Assembly: GCA_965140705.1 (NCBI GenBank) | Contig: OZ223300.1 | Location: 224,001-288,000, forward strand | Length of the DNA: 64,000 bases | Direction: 5' to 3' | DNA from: an uncultured Arcobacter sp. | Lineage (GTDB): Bacteria; Campylobacterota; Campylobacteria; Campylobacterales; Arcobacteraceae | In this document: in pieces, positions 39,124 to 50,500 of the stretch | Position numbering within the stretch: the stretch's first letter is position 1 | Layout: the number at the start of each line of letters is the position of its first letter | Position numbers and translations under genes: made by a program | The notes under the pieces: model-generated | Told to the model about the DNA's origin: nothing | What the model saw: only the letters and a program-made list of their open reading frames with translations | Database searches by the model: none

Positions 39124-39196
39124 TTACGCAATGGTTATATTTTTAGCGGTATTTGTTATCGCATCAGGGATATTTTTTTTAAAAAATTTTAGATAA
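39110..39196 (+). CDS. Small membrane protein (28 aa), not in the ORF track
   Basis: AAGGA ribosome-binding site. MKAADYAMVIFLAVFVIASGIFFLKNFR forms one TM helix and fills the rlmN-gltX gap. Confidence 0.7.
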   Translation: MKAADYAMVIFLAVFVIASGIFFLKNFR

Positions 39197-39211
39197 GTAA
39201 GGAAAAGATTA

Positions 39212-40624
39212 ATGACAGTTACACGATTTGCCCCAAGTCCAACAGGTTATTTACATATTGGTGGACTAAGAACAGCTTTATATAGTTATTTATGGGCAAG
39301 AAGAAATAAAGGTGAATTTAGATTAAGAATTGAAGACACAGACACAGCAAGAAATAATGAAGATGCCCTAGGTGCTATTATGGAAGCATTTGAATGGGTT
39401 GGATTAGATTATGATGGAACAGTAGAATACCAATCAAAAAGAAATGATATTTACAAGAAATATATAGACCAATTATTAGACCAAGGTAAAGCATACTATT
39501 GTTATATGAGTAAGGAAGAGTTAGAAACTCTAAGAGAAACTCAAATGGCAAATAAGCAAACTCCTAGATATGATGGAACTTGGCGACCAGAAGAGGGTAA
39601 AGTTTTACCTCCTATTCCTGAAGGTATAGAGCCAGTTGTTAGAATAAAAGCACCAAAAGATGGAATTATAACTTTTATTGATGGAGTTAGATCTATTATG
39701 AATTTTAGCAGTAATGAAGTTGATGATTTCGTTATAGCTAGAAGTAATGGAGTTCCTACATATAACTTTGTTGTTGCAATTGATGATGCTTTGATGGGAA
39801 TGACTGATGTAATTAGAGGTGATGACCATTTAAGTAATACTCCAAAACAAATAGTTATCTATGAAGCATTTGGCTGGAAACCACCTAAATTTTACCATAT
39901 TCCTATGATAAATAATCCTTCAGGTAAAAAACTATCTAAAAGAGATGGTGCTATGGATGTAATGCAATATAAAAGAGATGGTTATCTTCCAGAAGCACTT
40001 TTAAACTTCTTAGTAAGACTTGGTTGGTCAAATAAGGATCAAGAGATTTTTTCAATGGAAGAAATGCTAGAACTATTTGATCCAACGCATATTAACAAGT
40101 CAGCTTCTGCTTTTAATGAAGAAAAACTTTTATGGCTAAACTCTCATTACATAAAGAATGTATCAAATGAAAGATTAGCAAAAGAGTTAGAATTTTTTGA
40201 TTGTCATATTGGTGGGCATGATAAAAAAGAGATGATTTTAGACTTAACAAAAGAGAGAGCTCAAACTTTAGTTGAATTAAAAAATGCTATTACAGCTATT
40301 TTAGATGCACCAAGTGATTATGAAGCAAAGGGTGTTAAAAAGTTTATAAAAGATGAAACTATTTTAAAAATTTTAGATAATTATGTAAAATTACTTGAAG
40401 AAAATGCAGATAATTTAAATATTAGCATTGATTATGAAGAAGTTACAAAACCATTTATTGAAGAATTTGAATTAAAATTCCCACAACTTTTCCAACCAAT
40501 AAGATTGGCTCTAACTGGTTCTACTCAAGCTCCATCAGTATACGACATTATGGCTGTACTTGGTGTTGAGGTTGTATGTGAAAGAATTAGAACAGCATGC
40601 GAGAAAAACTTTAATAAAGAGTAA
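39212..40624 (+). CDS. gltX: Glutamate--tRNA ligase
   Basis: RFAPSPTGYLHIGG, LRIEDTD, IRGDDH, KLSKR. Confidence 0.97.
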   Translation: MTVTRFAPSPTGYLHIGGLRTALYSYLWARRNKGEFRLRIEDTDTARNNEDALGAIMEAFEWVGLDYDGTVEYQSKRNDIYKKYIDQLLDQGKAYYCYMSKEELETLRETQMANKQTPRYDGTWRPEEGKVLPPIPEGIEPVVRIKAPKDGIITFIDGVRSIMNFSSNEVDDFVIARSNGVPTYNFVVAIDDALMGMTDVIRGDDHLSNTPKQIVIYEAFGWKPPKFYHIPMINNPSGKKLSKRDGAMDVMQYKRDGYLPEALLNFLVRLGWSNKDQEIFSMEEMLELFDPTHINKSASAFNEEKLLWLNSHYIKNVSNERLAKELEFFDCHIGGHDKKEMILDLTKERAQTLVELKNAITAILDAPSDYEAKGVKKFIKDETILKILDNYVKLLEENADNLNISIDYEEVTKPFIEEFELKFPQLFQPIRLALTGSTQAPSVYDIMAVLGVEVVCERIRTACEKNFNKE

Positions 40625-40640
40625 TTTTACTCTTTATTAA
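40611..40640 (+). terminator. Hairpin terminator overlapping the gltX stop
   Basis: ttaataaagagtaa-tt-ttactctttattaa, perfect 14-bp arms. Confidence 0.7.
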
Positions 40641-40648
40641 ACATCTAC

Positions 40649-40680
40649 TACACACTGCTTCCATACTTTCATGTTAAAAT
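40649..40680 (+). promoter_or_regulatory. Copper-locus operator/promoter 1 (copZ-copA)
   Basis: TACACAC-N4-TCCATAC, then 8 bp, then TAAAAT (TG-extended). Confidence 0.6.
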
Positions 40681-40699
40681 ATGACAAAAAGGATATAAA

Positions 40700-40903
40700 A
40701 TGAAAAAAACATATAAATCAGATAAAATAAATTGTGCAAAATGTGAAAATTTAATAAAAGTATCTTTAGAAGATGACTTTGGACCAATTGATGTTGATTT
40801 AACGAAAACTCCAAAAGAAGTAACAGTAGAGATAACTTCTGATGAACAAGAGAATAATTTTAAAGCAGAGATGAAAGATTTAGGATTTGATATATTAGAT
40901 TAA
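40700..40903 (+). CDS. copZ: Heavy-metal-associated (HMA) copper chaperone
   Basis: 67 aa with a CAKC motif, directly upstream of copA. Confidence 0.8.
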   Translation: MKKTYKSDKINCAKCENLIKVSLEDDFGPIDVDLTKTPKEVTVEITSDEQENNFKAEMKDLGFDILD

Positions 40904-40913
40904 AGGCTAAATT

Positions 40914-43094
40914 ATGGCAAAAGAAAAAATTAATTTAAATATATCAGGTATGACTTGTGTAAATTGTTCAGGTGGAATAGAAAAATTTTTAAACAAAAAA
41001 AAGGGAGTAATCTCTGCTAATGTAAGCTTTGCTTCAAGTGAAGGAGAGTTTATTATTGATGATTCCCTTTATTCCAAAGAAAAACTAACTAGTGATATAC
41101 AAAAATTAGGTTATAAGCCAGAAGAAGACCTAAAAGCTCTAGAAGAGGAGCAATTACTCTCTTTTAAAAGATTAAGAAAGATATTTTTTACTTCTATTAC
41201 TTTAACTTTTATTATGTTTTGTCTAATGTTTTTGAACATATTTAGTGAAGAGACAACAAAGTATTTAGTATTTTTTATAGCTTCTATTGTTCAGTTTTAT
41301 TGTGGATTACGGTTTTATAAACTTGGAATTAAGTCAGTTATAAATAGAAATTATGATATGAATGTTTTAGTTGCGCTAGGAACTAGTGCAGCATATTTTT
41401 ACTCAACTGTTGTAGTCTTTTTTCCACACTTATTTCCTGAAAACTTGAGATTTCTATATTTTGATGGAGCTTCTGTAATCATTACCTTTGTACTTTTGGG
41501 AAGATATTTAGAAGAAAACTCAAAACTAAAAGCAAGTGATTTTTTAAAAAAACTTATGAATTTAGCTCCTGTAAATGCTAACTTGATAGATGAAAATAAA
41601 AATATAAAAACTGTATTAGCAAGTAGCTTAAAACCAAAAGACATAGTACTTGTAAAAAGTGGAGAGAAAATACCAACAGATGGTATTATTATTGAAGGTA
41701 ATGCTGATATTGATACTTCAATGATAACAGGTGAATCAATGCCTGTTTTTAAAAAAATTGGTGATGAGGTATTATCTGGAACCTTAAATAGTAATGGAAC
41801 TATAAAAATAGAAGTTAGTAAAGAATCATCTGATACAACACTATCTAAGATAATTACACTTCTAAAAACTGCACAAAGTAAACAAATACCAATTAGTAGA
41901 TTTGCAGATAAAGTAGCAAATATATTTGTACCATCTGTTATTTTTATCTCTATTTTGGCATTTTTAGTTTGGGGCTTTGTATTTGGAGATTTCCAAAAAG
42001 CAATAATAGCTTCAATTAGTGTTTTAATTATCTCATGTCCTTGTGCTTTAGGACTAGCAACACCAATTGCAATAGTAAGTTCAGTTAGTCGTGGTGCAAA
42101 AGAGGGGATTTTAATTAAAAACCCAGAAATATTAGAAGAGATTAAAGAGATAAAATATGCAGTATTTGATAAAACAGGAACTTTAACAAAAGGTGAAATA
42201 ACTGTTTCAAACACAAATATTGATGAAAAATATTTTGAACTAATAGGTTCAATTGAAAACTACAGTGAACATCCTATTTCAAAAGCAATAGTTAGTTTTA
42301 TCAAAGATAAAAAATATGATGTAAACAAAGAGATAAAAGAGATAGATATTATCCCTGGGAAAGGTATAAAAGCCTCTTTTGATGGTGATGAGATAATCTT
42401 GGGTAATAAAAAGTTATTAGATGAAAATAGTGTTCAAGTGGATGAAAGCCATGAAAAGTTCTATTTAGAAGAGTTAGAAAAATCAAATGGGCTAATTTAT
42501 GTAGCCATAAATAAAAAAACAATAGGTTCTTTTTCTTTAGAAGATAAGTTAAAAGATGATGCTGTAAGTGTTATAAAAGAGTTAAAACAGCTAAATATAG
42601 AGCCTATTTTATTAACAGGTGATAATAAAATTACAGCTGCTAAAATAGCGCATAAACTAGGTATAGACAAAATCTATAGTGAAGTCTTACCTACAGAAAA
42701 ATATGAAGTAATAAAAGAGTTACAAGATAAATCAAAAGTTATGTTTATTGGAGATGGAATTAATGATGCTCCCTCAATAAAACAGGCAAATATAGGTATT
42801 ACTTTAAATTCTGGTTCTGATATTACTAAAGATGCTGGAGATATAATTTTAGTACATAATGAGTTAAGTTCTATTATTAAAAGTATTAATCTTTCTATTG
42901 AAACGATGAAAATCGTGAAACAAAACTTATTTTGGGCATTTACTTATAATATCCTAGGAATACCACTTGCAGCAGGGATTTTATACCCAATCTTTGGGTT
43001 GATGTTAAATCCAATGTATGCAGGGATTGCTATGAGTTTTTCTTCAGTGAGTGTTGTTTTAAATTCTTTGCGATTGAAAATTAAAAAGTTGTAA
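40914..43094 (+). CDS. copA: Copper-translocating P1B-type ATPase
   Basis: GMTCVNC, TGES, CPC, DKTGT, EHP, GDGINDAP and the YN...MSFSS Cu(I) signature. Confidence 0.95.
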   Translation: MAKEKINLNISGMTCVNCSGGIEKFLNKKKGVISANVSFASSEGEFIIDDSLYSKEKLTSDIQKLGYKPEEDLKALEEEQLLSFKRLRKIFFTSITLTFIMFCLMFLNIFSEETTKYLVFFIASIVQFYCGLRFYKLGIKSVINRNYDMNVLVALGTSAAYFYSTVVVFFPHLFPENLRFLYFDGASVIITFVLLGRYLEENSKLKASDFLKKLMNLAPVNANLIDENKNIKTVLASSLKPKDIVLVKSGEKIPTDGIIIEGNADIDTSMITGESMPVFKKIGDEVLSGTLNSNGTIKIEVSKESSDTTLSKIITLLKTAQSKQIPISRFADKVANIFVPSVIFISILAFLVWGFVFGDFQKAIIASISVLIISCPCALGLATPIAIVSSVSRGAKEGILIKNPEILEEIKEIKYAVFDKTGTLTKGEITVSNTNIDEKYFELIGSIENYSEHPISKAIVSFIKDKKYDVNKEIKEIDIIPGKGIKASFDGDEIILGNKKLLDENSVQVDESHEKFYLEELEKSNGLIYVAINKKTIGSFSLEDKLKDDAVSVIKELKQLNIEPILLTGDNKITAAKIAHKLGIDKIYSEVLPTEKYEVIKELQDKSKVMFIGDGINDAPSIKQANIGITLNSGSDITKDAGDIILVHNELSSIIKSINLSIETMKIVKQNLFWAFTYNILGIPLAAGILYPIFGLMLNPMYAGIAMSFSSVSVVLNSLRLKIKKL

Positions 43095-43097
43095 TAA

Positions 43098-43760
43098 GTG
43101 AAAATACTTTTGATGGAAGATGATTTGATTTTAAATGAAATCATTGAAGAACATTTATTAGAAAAAGGACATGAACTTGTATGTACTTTTACTGGTAATG
43201 AAGCAGAAGAACTATTATATTCTCAAAAATTTGACTTATTACTTTTAGATGTAAATGTACCAGAAATAAAGGGTTTTGATTTACTTTCTACTTTGAGGAA
43301 AAACAATATTAAGACTCCTGCTATCTTTTTAACTTCACTTAATTTAACAGATGACATAGAAAGAGGATTTCAAAGTGGTTGCGATGATTATATAAAAAAA
43401 CCATTTGAATTAAAAGAGCTTGATTTACGGATTAATAATATAAAAAGACTATTTAATATCTCTTCTTCAAATCATATTGAATTACCAAATAATATGATTT
43501 TGGATACAGATAATTTACTTGTAACAAAAGAGAATAAAGAGATTCATTTATCAAAAAAAGAGATAGAAGTTTTGATGTATTTTATTAGAAATAAAAATAA
43601 AATCATAAGTATAGAAGAGCTGTCTTCAAATGTATGGGTATATGAAGAGGGCCCAAATGCTTCTACAATAAGAACATATATAAAAAACTTGCGAAAAATA
43701 TTAGGTGAAGAGGTAATTACAAATATAAGAGGAGTAGGTTATAGATTTAACTACAAATGA
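43098..43760 (+). CDS. OmpR-family response regulator (CrdR-like)
   Basis: KILLMEDD, LLDVNVP, DDYIKKPF, IRTYIKNLRK, RGVGYRF. Embedded in the copper locus. Confidence 0.93.
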   Translation: MKILLMEDDLILNEIIEEHLLEKGHELVCTFTGNEAEELLYSQKFDLLLLDVNVPEIKGFDLLSTLRKNNIKTPAIFLTSLNLTDDIERGFQSGCDDYIKKPFELKELDLRINNIKRLFNISSSNHIELPNNMILDTDNLLVTKENKEIHLSKKEIEVLMYFIRNKNKIISIEELSSNVWVYEEGPNASTIRTYIKNLRKILGEEVITNIRGVGYRFNYK

Positions 43761-44889
43761 AAAAAGCACTTTTTATAGGTTTTTATTTTTATATTTAGGC
43801 TCATCTTTTATATTAATGGCTTTAATAGCTTTTTTGTATTTTGAAAATCAACAAAAACTCTATTTTGACTTGACTAAATCAAGAATGCAAAATATTGCTT
43901 CAAAAATCGCTTCAAAAATAATAGTTGCTCATATGAATGGTACAAAAGTGGATATAACAGGGGATTTTGAAGCAAAAGATTATAAATTAGCTTTTTATGA
44001 TAATAATGGCAAAAAAGTTTATGGCAATATTGATGAAAAAATAGATTTAAAGAAAGATATTATAGAGGAACATAATAGTTTTATATTGGTTGACAAGTCT
44101 ACCTTTGGGCATTTGGGAATATATGCAATTGTTATAAAAGAACATCTGTATTCTAAACAAATAAAAGAGTTAGAAATAAACATAATAGTACTTTTCTTTC
44201 TTATTTATTCAATTATTGCTTTTATTGGATTTTATTTAGCAAAACTTTTTATTAAGCCAATAAAAGAAGAAAGAGATAAGTTAAATAACTTTATAAAAGA
44301 TACAACCCATGAGTTAAATACTCCTATTAGTGCAATTCTTATGTCTACAGAAGATAAAGAGTTAAATACAAAACAAATTGAGCGTGTAAGATTAAGTGCA
44401 AAAAGGATTTCTGAGATTTACAAAGACTTGACATATATTTTTTTACAAAAAGATTTTCAAAAGCAAGATTTAAAAGAGATATCACTTAGTGAAGTTATAA
44501 AAGAACAATTACTGTATTTTGAGCCTTTAGCAAATAAAAAGAAGATAAAAATCAATTTAGATATCCAAGAATATAAGTATAAAATGCTCAAAGATGACTT
44601 TATTAGAGTATTTAATAATCTAATTTCAAACGCAATAAAATATAATAAAATAAATGGAACAATTTTTATTACTCTAAAGAATAATAAACTTATCATAAAA
44701 GACACAGGAATAGGTATAAAACAGACAAAGATAAATGATATATTTAAGCGATACTATAGAGCAACAAGTTACCAAGGTGGCTTTGGTATTGGATTAAGTA
44801 TAGTTAGTGAAATAAGTAAAAAATACAATATAAAAATAGACATTAATTCTATTTATGATGAAAGTACAACAATAACTCTAACTTTCTAA
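43741..44889 (+). CDS. Sensor histidine kinase (CrdS-like), start uncertain
   Basis: H-box DTTHELNTP, NLISNAIKYN, DTGIGI, GFGIGL. The frame is open from 43738 and the first TM helix begins before the first ATG (43816). Confidence 0.88.
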   Translation: MDLTTNEKSTFYRFLFLYLGSSFILMALIAFLYFENQQKLYFDLTKSRMQNIASKIASKIIVAHMNGTKVDITGDFEAKDYKLAFYDNNGKKVYGNIDEKIDLKKDIIEEHNSFILVDKSTFGHLGIYAIVIKEHLYSKQIKELEINIIVLFFLIYSIIAFIGFYLAKLFIKPIKEERDKLNNFIKDTTHELNTPISAILMSTEDKELNTKQIERVRLSAKRISEIYKDLTYIFLQKDFQKQDLKEISLSEVIKEQLLYFEPLANKKKIKINLDIQEYKYKMLKDDFIRVFNNLISNAIKYNKINGTIFITLKNNKLIIKDTGIGIKQTKINDIFKRYYRATSYQGGFGIGLSIVSEISKKYNIKIDINSIYDESTTITLTF

Positions 44890-44890
44890 T

Positions 44891-44923
44891 CTCCACACAT
44901 TCTCCACACTATAAAGCTAGAAT
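44891..44923 (+). promoter_or_regulatory. Copper-locus operator/promoter 2 (crdA operon)
   Basis: CTCCACAC repeated at 44891 and 44902 (11-bp period), then 8 bp, then TAGAAT. Confidence 0.7.
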
Positions 44924-44952
44924 TTTTAAACTTAAAATTTAGGAGTTCAAAA

Positions 44953-45336
44953 ATGAAAAATATCTTTAAACTATTTGTTGGTTTGCTAGTAGCATTTAAT
45001 TTAGTTCATGCAGATCCACTACTTCAAGAAGGAAGTAAAGATGGCTATGATGTAAAACTAAGTAGTGAAAAATCACTAGTAATGGGAAGTAATGAAATTA
45101 TTATTGAGTTAGCAAAAGATGGTGCAAAGTTATCAAATACAAAAGTAAAAATCAAGTTTTTTATGCCAGAAATGCCTGGAATGCCGTATATGGAGAGTGA
45201 AGTAAAAGGTAAAATTGTTGATGGTAAATTTAAAGCAAACGTAAATTTTGCTATGGGTGGAACTTGGCAGTATCAGTTAAAATTTAAAACAGAAGATGGA
45301 AAAGTTCATACTGTAAGAGGGAGCGTAAACATCTAA
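44953..45336 (+). CDS. crdA: Periplasmic copper resistance protein (CrdA / FixH-YtkA-like)
   Basis: Signal peptide, Met-rich MPEMPGMPYME and FAMGGTW. Precedes the efflux genes. Confidence 0.8.
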   Translation: MKNIFKLFVGLLVAFNLVHADPLLQEGSKDGYDVKLSSEKSLVMGSNEIIIELAKDGAKLSNTKVKIKFFMPEMPGMPYMESEVKGKIVDGKFKANVNFAMGGTWQYQLKFKTEDGKVHTVRGSVNI

Positions 45337-46532
45337 TGTTAAAAAATAGCTTTATTCTAATTTGTTTGATAATTACAAACTCATTTTCTGCAAGTTTAGA
45401 AGATATATTAAATAGTGCAATAGAAAGTAATAAAAACCTACAAGCTATTGAAAAATCTATTCAAATAGCAAATGAGCAAATTAAGCTATCAAATAAGTGG
45501 GATAATCCTATTTTGACCATTGGTGCCAATGACTTGCAGTTTGACACTTCTCGAAGAGATTTGGAGCCTATGCAAGGTCAGTATATAGGTTTCTCGCAAA
45601 ATATACCTATAAATGGAAAAATAAAGCTACAAGAAGAGATAGCTATGAAAGATAAAGCTATCTCAGATTTAAATTTTGAAGATGCAAAACTAGAGTTAAA
45701 ATCAAAATTAATGCAATATTTGTATAATATAAAAATCTTAGAAAAGAAATATTTACTACTTAATCAATATCAAAAAAATATTAAAAGCCTAGAAGATTTG
45801 ACAAGCTCTTTATATGAAAGTAATAAATCAAATCAAAGTATGGTTATAAATCTAAAAACAGATTATTTAAAAATAGAGATTCAAAAAGAGAATTTACAAA
45901 ATATTATCAAAAACAATTACTTAAAATTAGAAGAGATAACATATAAAAAAATCACAAGTATAGAACTCTCTTTAGATGTAAAAGAGCTTATTCTTTCAAA
46001 GGATATCTCTACACACCCAAAAATAAAGACACTAGAGCAAAATAATGAAAAATTTTATAAACAAGCACAATTAGAAGATGCAAAAAAACTATCAGATATA
46101 AAAGTAAGTGCTGTATATTTTCAAAGGGATGACAAGTATAAGGATTATGCAAATATATCACTTAGTATACCCCTTGCCTTTTATGGAAAAGAGAATATAA
46201 AGATATTGCAAGCAAAAATCAAAGCAAGAGAGTTTGATGATAAACTTTATGATAGCAAAAAGAGATTTGAGCTAAAAGTAGCCTCTTTACAAAATGACTT
46301 AGATAGTTCAGTCAAAAAGTATAAATTATTAAAAGAGTTAATTCTTCCTTTACAAGAAGAGAATCAAGAGATAATAGAAAAATATAATAGTTTAGAACTT
46401 ATAAAATCAGATGAGATATTAAAAAACTTAAACAAAATCATACAAAATAAAATTGCACAATATGATGAGATAAAAAACTACTTTGATGCTTATTCTCAGG
46501 CTTATTATTATACTCAAGGGAAAATTAGATGA
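45336..46532 (+). CDS. TolC-family outer-membrane efflux protein (CrdB-like)
   Basis: Signal peptide, coiled-coil repeats, NPILTIG and ISLSIPL strands. Operon position. Confidence 0.85.
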   Translation: MLKNSFILICLIITNSFSASLEDILNSAIESNKNLQAIEKSIQIANEQIKLSNKWDNPILTIGANDLQFDTSRRDLEPMQGQYIGFSQNIPINGKIKLQEEIAMKDKAISDLNFEDAKLELKSKLMQYLYNIKILEKKYLLLNQYQKNIKSLEDLTSSLYESNKSNQSMVINLKTDYLKIEIQKENLQNIIKNNYLKLEEITYKKITSIELSLDVKELILSKDISTHPKIKTLEQNNEKFYKQAQLEDAKKLSDIKVSAVYFQRDDKYKDYANISLSIPLAFYGKENIKILQAKIKAREFDDKLYDSKKRFELKVASLQNDLDSSVKKYKLLKELILPLQEENQEIIEKYNSLELIKSDEILKNLNKIIQNKIAQYDEIKNYFDAYSQAYYYTQGKIR

Positions 46533-47512
46533 AAAATATATTTAAATTACTTTTATTAATGTTATGCATAAGTTCGCTAAATGCGAAGATTTTAGATGCA
46601 AATCAATTATTCAATAAAAAGATTGTTAAAGTAAAAGATGAGAGTGTTTATAAGACAAAAAGCTTTTATGGGGAAACTTTATTTACAGAAGAGAGTATAA
46701 AAGACATAGTTCTTCGGTTTGATGGTTATATTACAAAATTAAATGCAAATAAAAATTTTATGGAAGTGAAAAAGGGAGATAAACTTTTTTCTTTGTACTC
46801 AGATAAAATTCAAAGCATAAAAAAAGAGATAAAAGTCACAAAATCTATAAATAAAGCCATGTATAAAAGTTCCCTTGAAAAGCTTGATTCTTTAGATGTA
46901 AAAGCTTACCAATTAAAAAATAAAGAGATATCTTTTTATGCTCCTTTTGATGGCATAATCTTAAATAAGAAGATAAATGAAGGTTCTTATGTAAAAACAG
47001 GCTCTCTTATTATGCAAATTGCAAATATAAATAAACTCTGGTTTATCTCAAAAGTTTATCAAAGTGATTTGGCATTTTTAACTAATAATATGGACGCAAA
47101 AATCAAAATTGATGGAAGAGATATGATCTTTAAAACCAAAATTGACTATATCTATCCTTTTGCAAATAAACAGAGTAAAACTATAGATGTCCGATTTGTA
47201 ATAGAGAACAAAGATAAGACACTTTTCCCTAATATGTTTGGTAAAGCTATAATAAAAATAAGTTCTAAAAAGGTATTAACACTTCCTAAAACGGCGGTTT
47301 TAAGAAAAGGTGCAAAATATTACGTATTTAAATACATATCAGAAGATGAATTTAAACCAGTATTAATAGACGCAAAACAGATAAGTTCTGGGAAATATGA
47401 GATAGAAGATGGATTAAAGGTTGGTGATGAGGTAATAGATAATGCCTTATTTTTACTAGATTCAGATGCTGTTACAAATAATTTGTATGAAGATGAAGAC
47501 AATGATTGGTAA
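46529..47512 (+). CDS. RND efflux periplasmic adaptor (CusB/CzcB-like)
   Basis: RFDGYITKL, VKKGDKLFSLYS, APFDGII, IDYIYP, LFPNMF, FLLDSD. Confidence 0.9.
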   Translation: MKNIFKLLLLMLCISSLNAKILDANQLFNKKIVKVKDESVYKTKSFYGETLFTEESIKDIVLRFDGYITKLNANKNFMEVKKGDKLFSLYSDKIQSIKKEIKVTKSINKAMYKSSLEKLDSLDVKAYQLKNKEISFYAPFDGIILNKKINEGSYVKTGSLIMQIANINKLWFISKVYQSDLAFLTNNMDAKIKIDGRDMIFKTKIDYIYPFANKQSKTIDVRFVIENKDKTLFPNMFGKAIIKISSKKVLTLPKTAVLRKGAKYYVFKYISEDEFKPVLIDAKQISSGKYEIEDGLKVGDEVIDNALFLLDSDAVTNNLYEDEDNDW

Positions 47513-47518
47513 AAAATA

Positions 47519-50500
47519 ATGGTTGAGTATATAATAAATAAAAGCGTACAAAATAAATTTTTAGTTCTTTTTTCTGTACTGATTTTAACAGTTGCTTCTT
47601 TTTGGGCAGTAAAAAATAGTTCTTTAGATGCCTTACCTGATCTTTCACCTCCTCAGGTAATCGTACAAGTAAAATGGGCAGGACAAAGTCCAAAAACTAT
47701 AGAAGAGCAAGTATCTTATCCTCTTATTTCAAATTTGATGAGTTTACCAAATATTGATACAGTAAGAGCTATGAGTTCATTTCAAAATGCTCTTATTTAT
47801 ATCATATTTAAAGATGGAACTGATATTTATGATTCTAGAAATAGGATATTAGAGCAGTTGTCTCAACTTCAAGGAACTTTCCCTGATGGAGTTAATGTGG
47901 CAATTGGTCCTGATGCTACAGGTGTTGGTTGGGCTTATGAATATGCTTTAAAATCAAAAACTAAGTCATTGGATGAATTAAAAACACTTCAAGATTATTA
48001 CTACAAATATGCTCTTTTAGGAGTAGATGGAGTATCAGAAATAGCTTCGGTTGGTGGATTTATAAAAAACTATGAAATAACACTAAATCAAGATAAATTA
48101 GTGCAATATAATCTAAGTATAAATGATGTAAAAAAGGCCTTAGTTTCTAATAATGATGAAAAAGGTGGTCGAATCATTTTAGAAAATGGTTATGAACACA
48201 TGATTCAAGCAAGGGGTTATTTAAAAAGTGTAGTTGATATAGAAAATATTACAGTTAAAACTTTTGGCTCAACTCCTTTAAAAATAAAGGATATAGCAGA
48301 TGTAAATATTACTTCATCAAATAGAAGAGGGATGGCTGATTTAAATGGTGAAGGTGAAACTGTTGGTGGAATAGTAGTTGTAAGATTTGGTGAAAATCCA
48401 TATAAGGTTATAAAAGCAGTAAAAGAAAAGTTAAAAACACTTCATGTGGATGATGTTGAAGTAGTTGAGACTTATGATAGAAGTTCTTTAATAGATAAAG
48501 CTATAGATACATTAAAACACACTTTACTGGAAGAATCAATTATTGTCATAGTGGTTACTGCTTTATTTTTATTTCATTTTAGAAGCGCTTTGATTATAAT
48601 TATAACTTTGCCAATAACTGTATTATTTACTTTTCTTTGCATGAAGTTTTTTGGAATGGGTTCAAATATCATGAGTCTAGGTGGAATTGCAATTGCAATT
48701 GGTGCGATGGTTGATGCAACTATTGTGATGGTAGAAAATGCCCATAAATATCTACAAGGCAAAGAAAACATTAGTAATAAACAAAGAATAGAAATAATTA
48801 TAAAATCAGCAAAACAAGTAGGTCGACCAATCTTTTTTGCCTTGCTTTTAGTTGTAGTTTCATTTTTACCAATTTTTGCTTTAACAGGACAAGAGGGAAG
48901 ATTATTCTCTCCCTTAGCTTTTACTAAATCCTTTGCTATGATTTCAGGTGCCATTTTATCTATTACACTGGTACCTATTCTTATGATATTCTTCATACGC
49001 GGAAAAATTATGGATGAAAGAAAGAATTATTTAAATAAATTTTTTATAGCTCTATATTCTCCCTTGTTAAAACTTTCACTTAGATTTAGATATATAGTAG
49101 TTGCATTATTTATAGGAACCCTGATTTTAGCATATCCAGTTTATAAAAAACAGAATTGGGAATTTATGCCAATGATGAATGAACAAACTTTTATGTATAT
49201 GCCAGTAACTCCTTATGGTATTGGTATTGATTTAGCAAAAGAGCTTACACAAAAGACAGACAAGATTTTAAAATCATTTCCAGAAGTACAAACAGTATTT
49301 GGAAAAGCTGGGCGAGCAGATAGTGCGACAGACCCAGCACCCTTAGCCATGATAGAAACAATAGTACAATTTAAACCCCAAGACCAATGGCGAGGGGGGA
49401 TGACTTATAAAAAGTTAATGCAAGAGATGGATGACAAGTTAAGAGTTACAGGATTAGTTAATTCATGGACATATCCAATTAGAGGAAGAATTGATATGCT
49501 TTTAACTGGTATTAGAACTCCTTTAGGAATAAAACTATATGGAAACGATCATCAAGAATTAGAATCTGTAGCTTTAAAAATAGAACAAAGGCTTAAAAAG
49601 TTTGATAAAACACTCTCTGTATCTTCTGATAAAATAAATTCAGGATACTATTTAAATATAGATTTAGATGAAGAGATGTTATCAAGATATGGAATTACAA
49701 AAAATGATATTTTGTCAACAGTCTCTTTAGGTGTTGCAGGAGCTAAAATATCTAAATATTTTGATGCCTTAGAGAGATATCCTATTAGCTTGAGATATGA
49801 AACAACTCAACGGGAAGATATAACTTCTTTAGAGAATCTTCAAGTAAAAACAAAACTAGGTTTTCAACCCTTAAGAATGTTTGCAAAGCTTCAATATGAA
49901 GAAGGACCATCTGTGATAAAATCAGAAAAGGGATTAAATGTAAACTTTATATATATTACTCCTAAAAATGATGTATCAGTTAAAGAGTATAAAGATAAAG
50001 CTCAAGAATTACTAAAAGAGATAAAATTACCAAGTGGTTTTTATTATGAGTGGGCAGGTCAAAGTGAGTATTTGGAATCAGCAATGAAGAAGTTAAGTTA
50101 TATTATTCCTTTAACTTTTGTGATTATATTTATACTTATCTTTTTTGCACTAAGAAATATCACATATACAGCAATAATATTTTTTACACTTCCTTTTGCC
50201 CTAACAGGTGGGATATTTTATTTGGATTATTTAAATTTTAATATTTCTATTGCTGTAATTGTTGGATTTTTAGCTTTACTTGGAGTTGCAGCAGAAACTT
50301 CAATTGTGATGCTTGTATATTTACATGAAGCTATGCTTGAGTTAAAAGATAAATGTATTTCTTTGGATGATGATAAACATATCTTTCATGCCATATATAA
50401 AGGGGCAGTATTAAGACTTCGTCCAAAGCTTATGACTTTATTTGCTATTTTAGGAGGCTTAGTTCCTATTATGTATATAGATGGTGTAGGAAGTGAAGTT

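Noticed and set aside
41399..42214. 271-aa minus-strand ORF
   Set aside because: Antisense shadow entirely inside copA, with no recognisable motifs.
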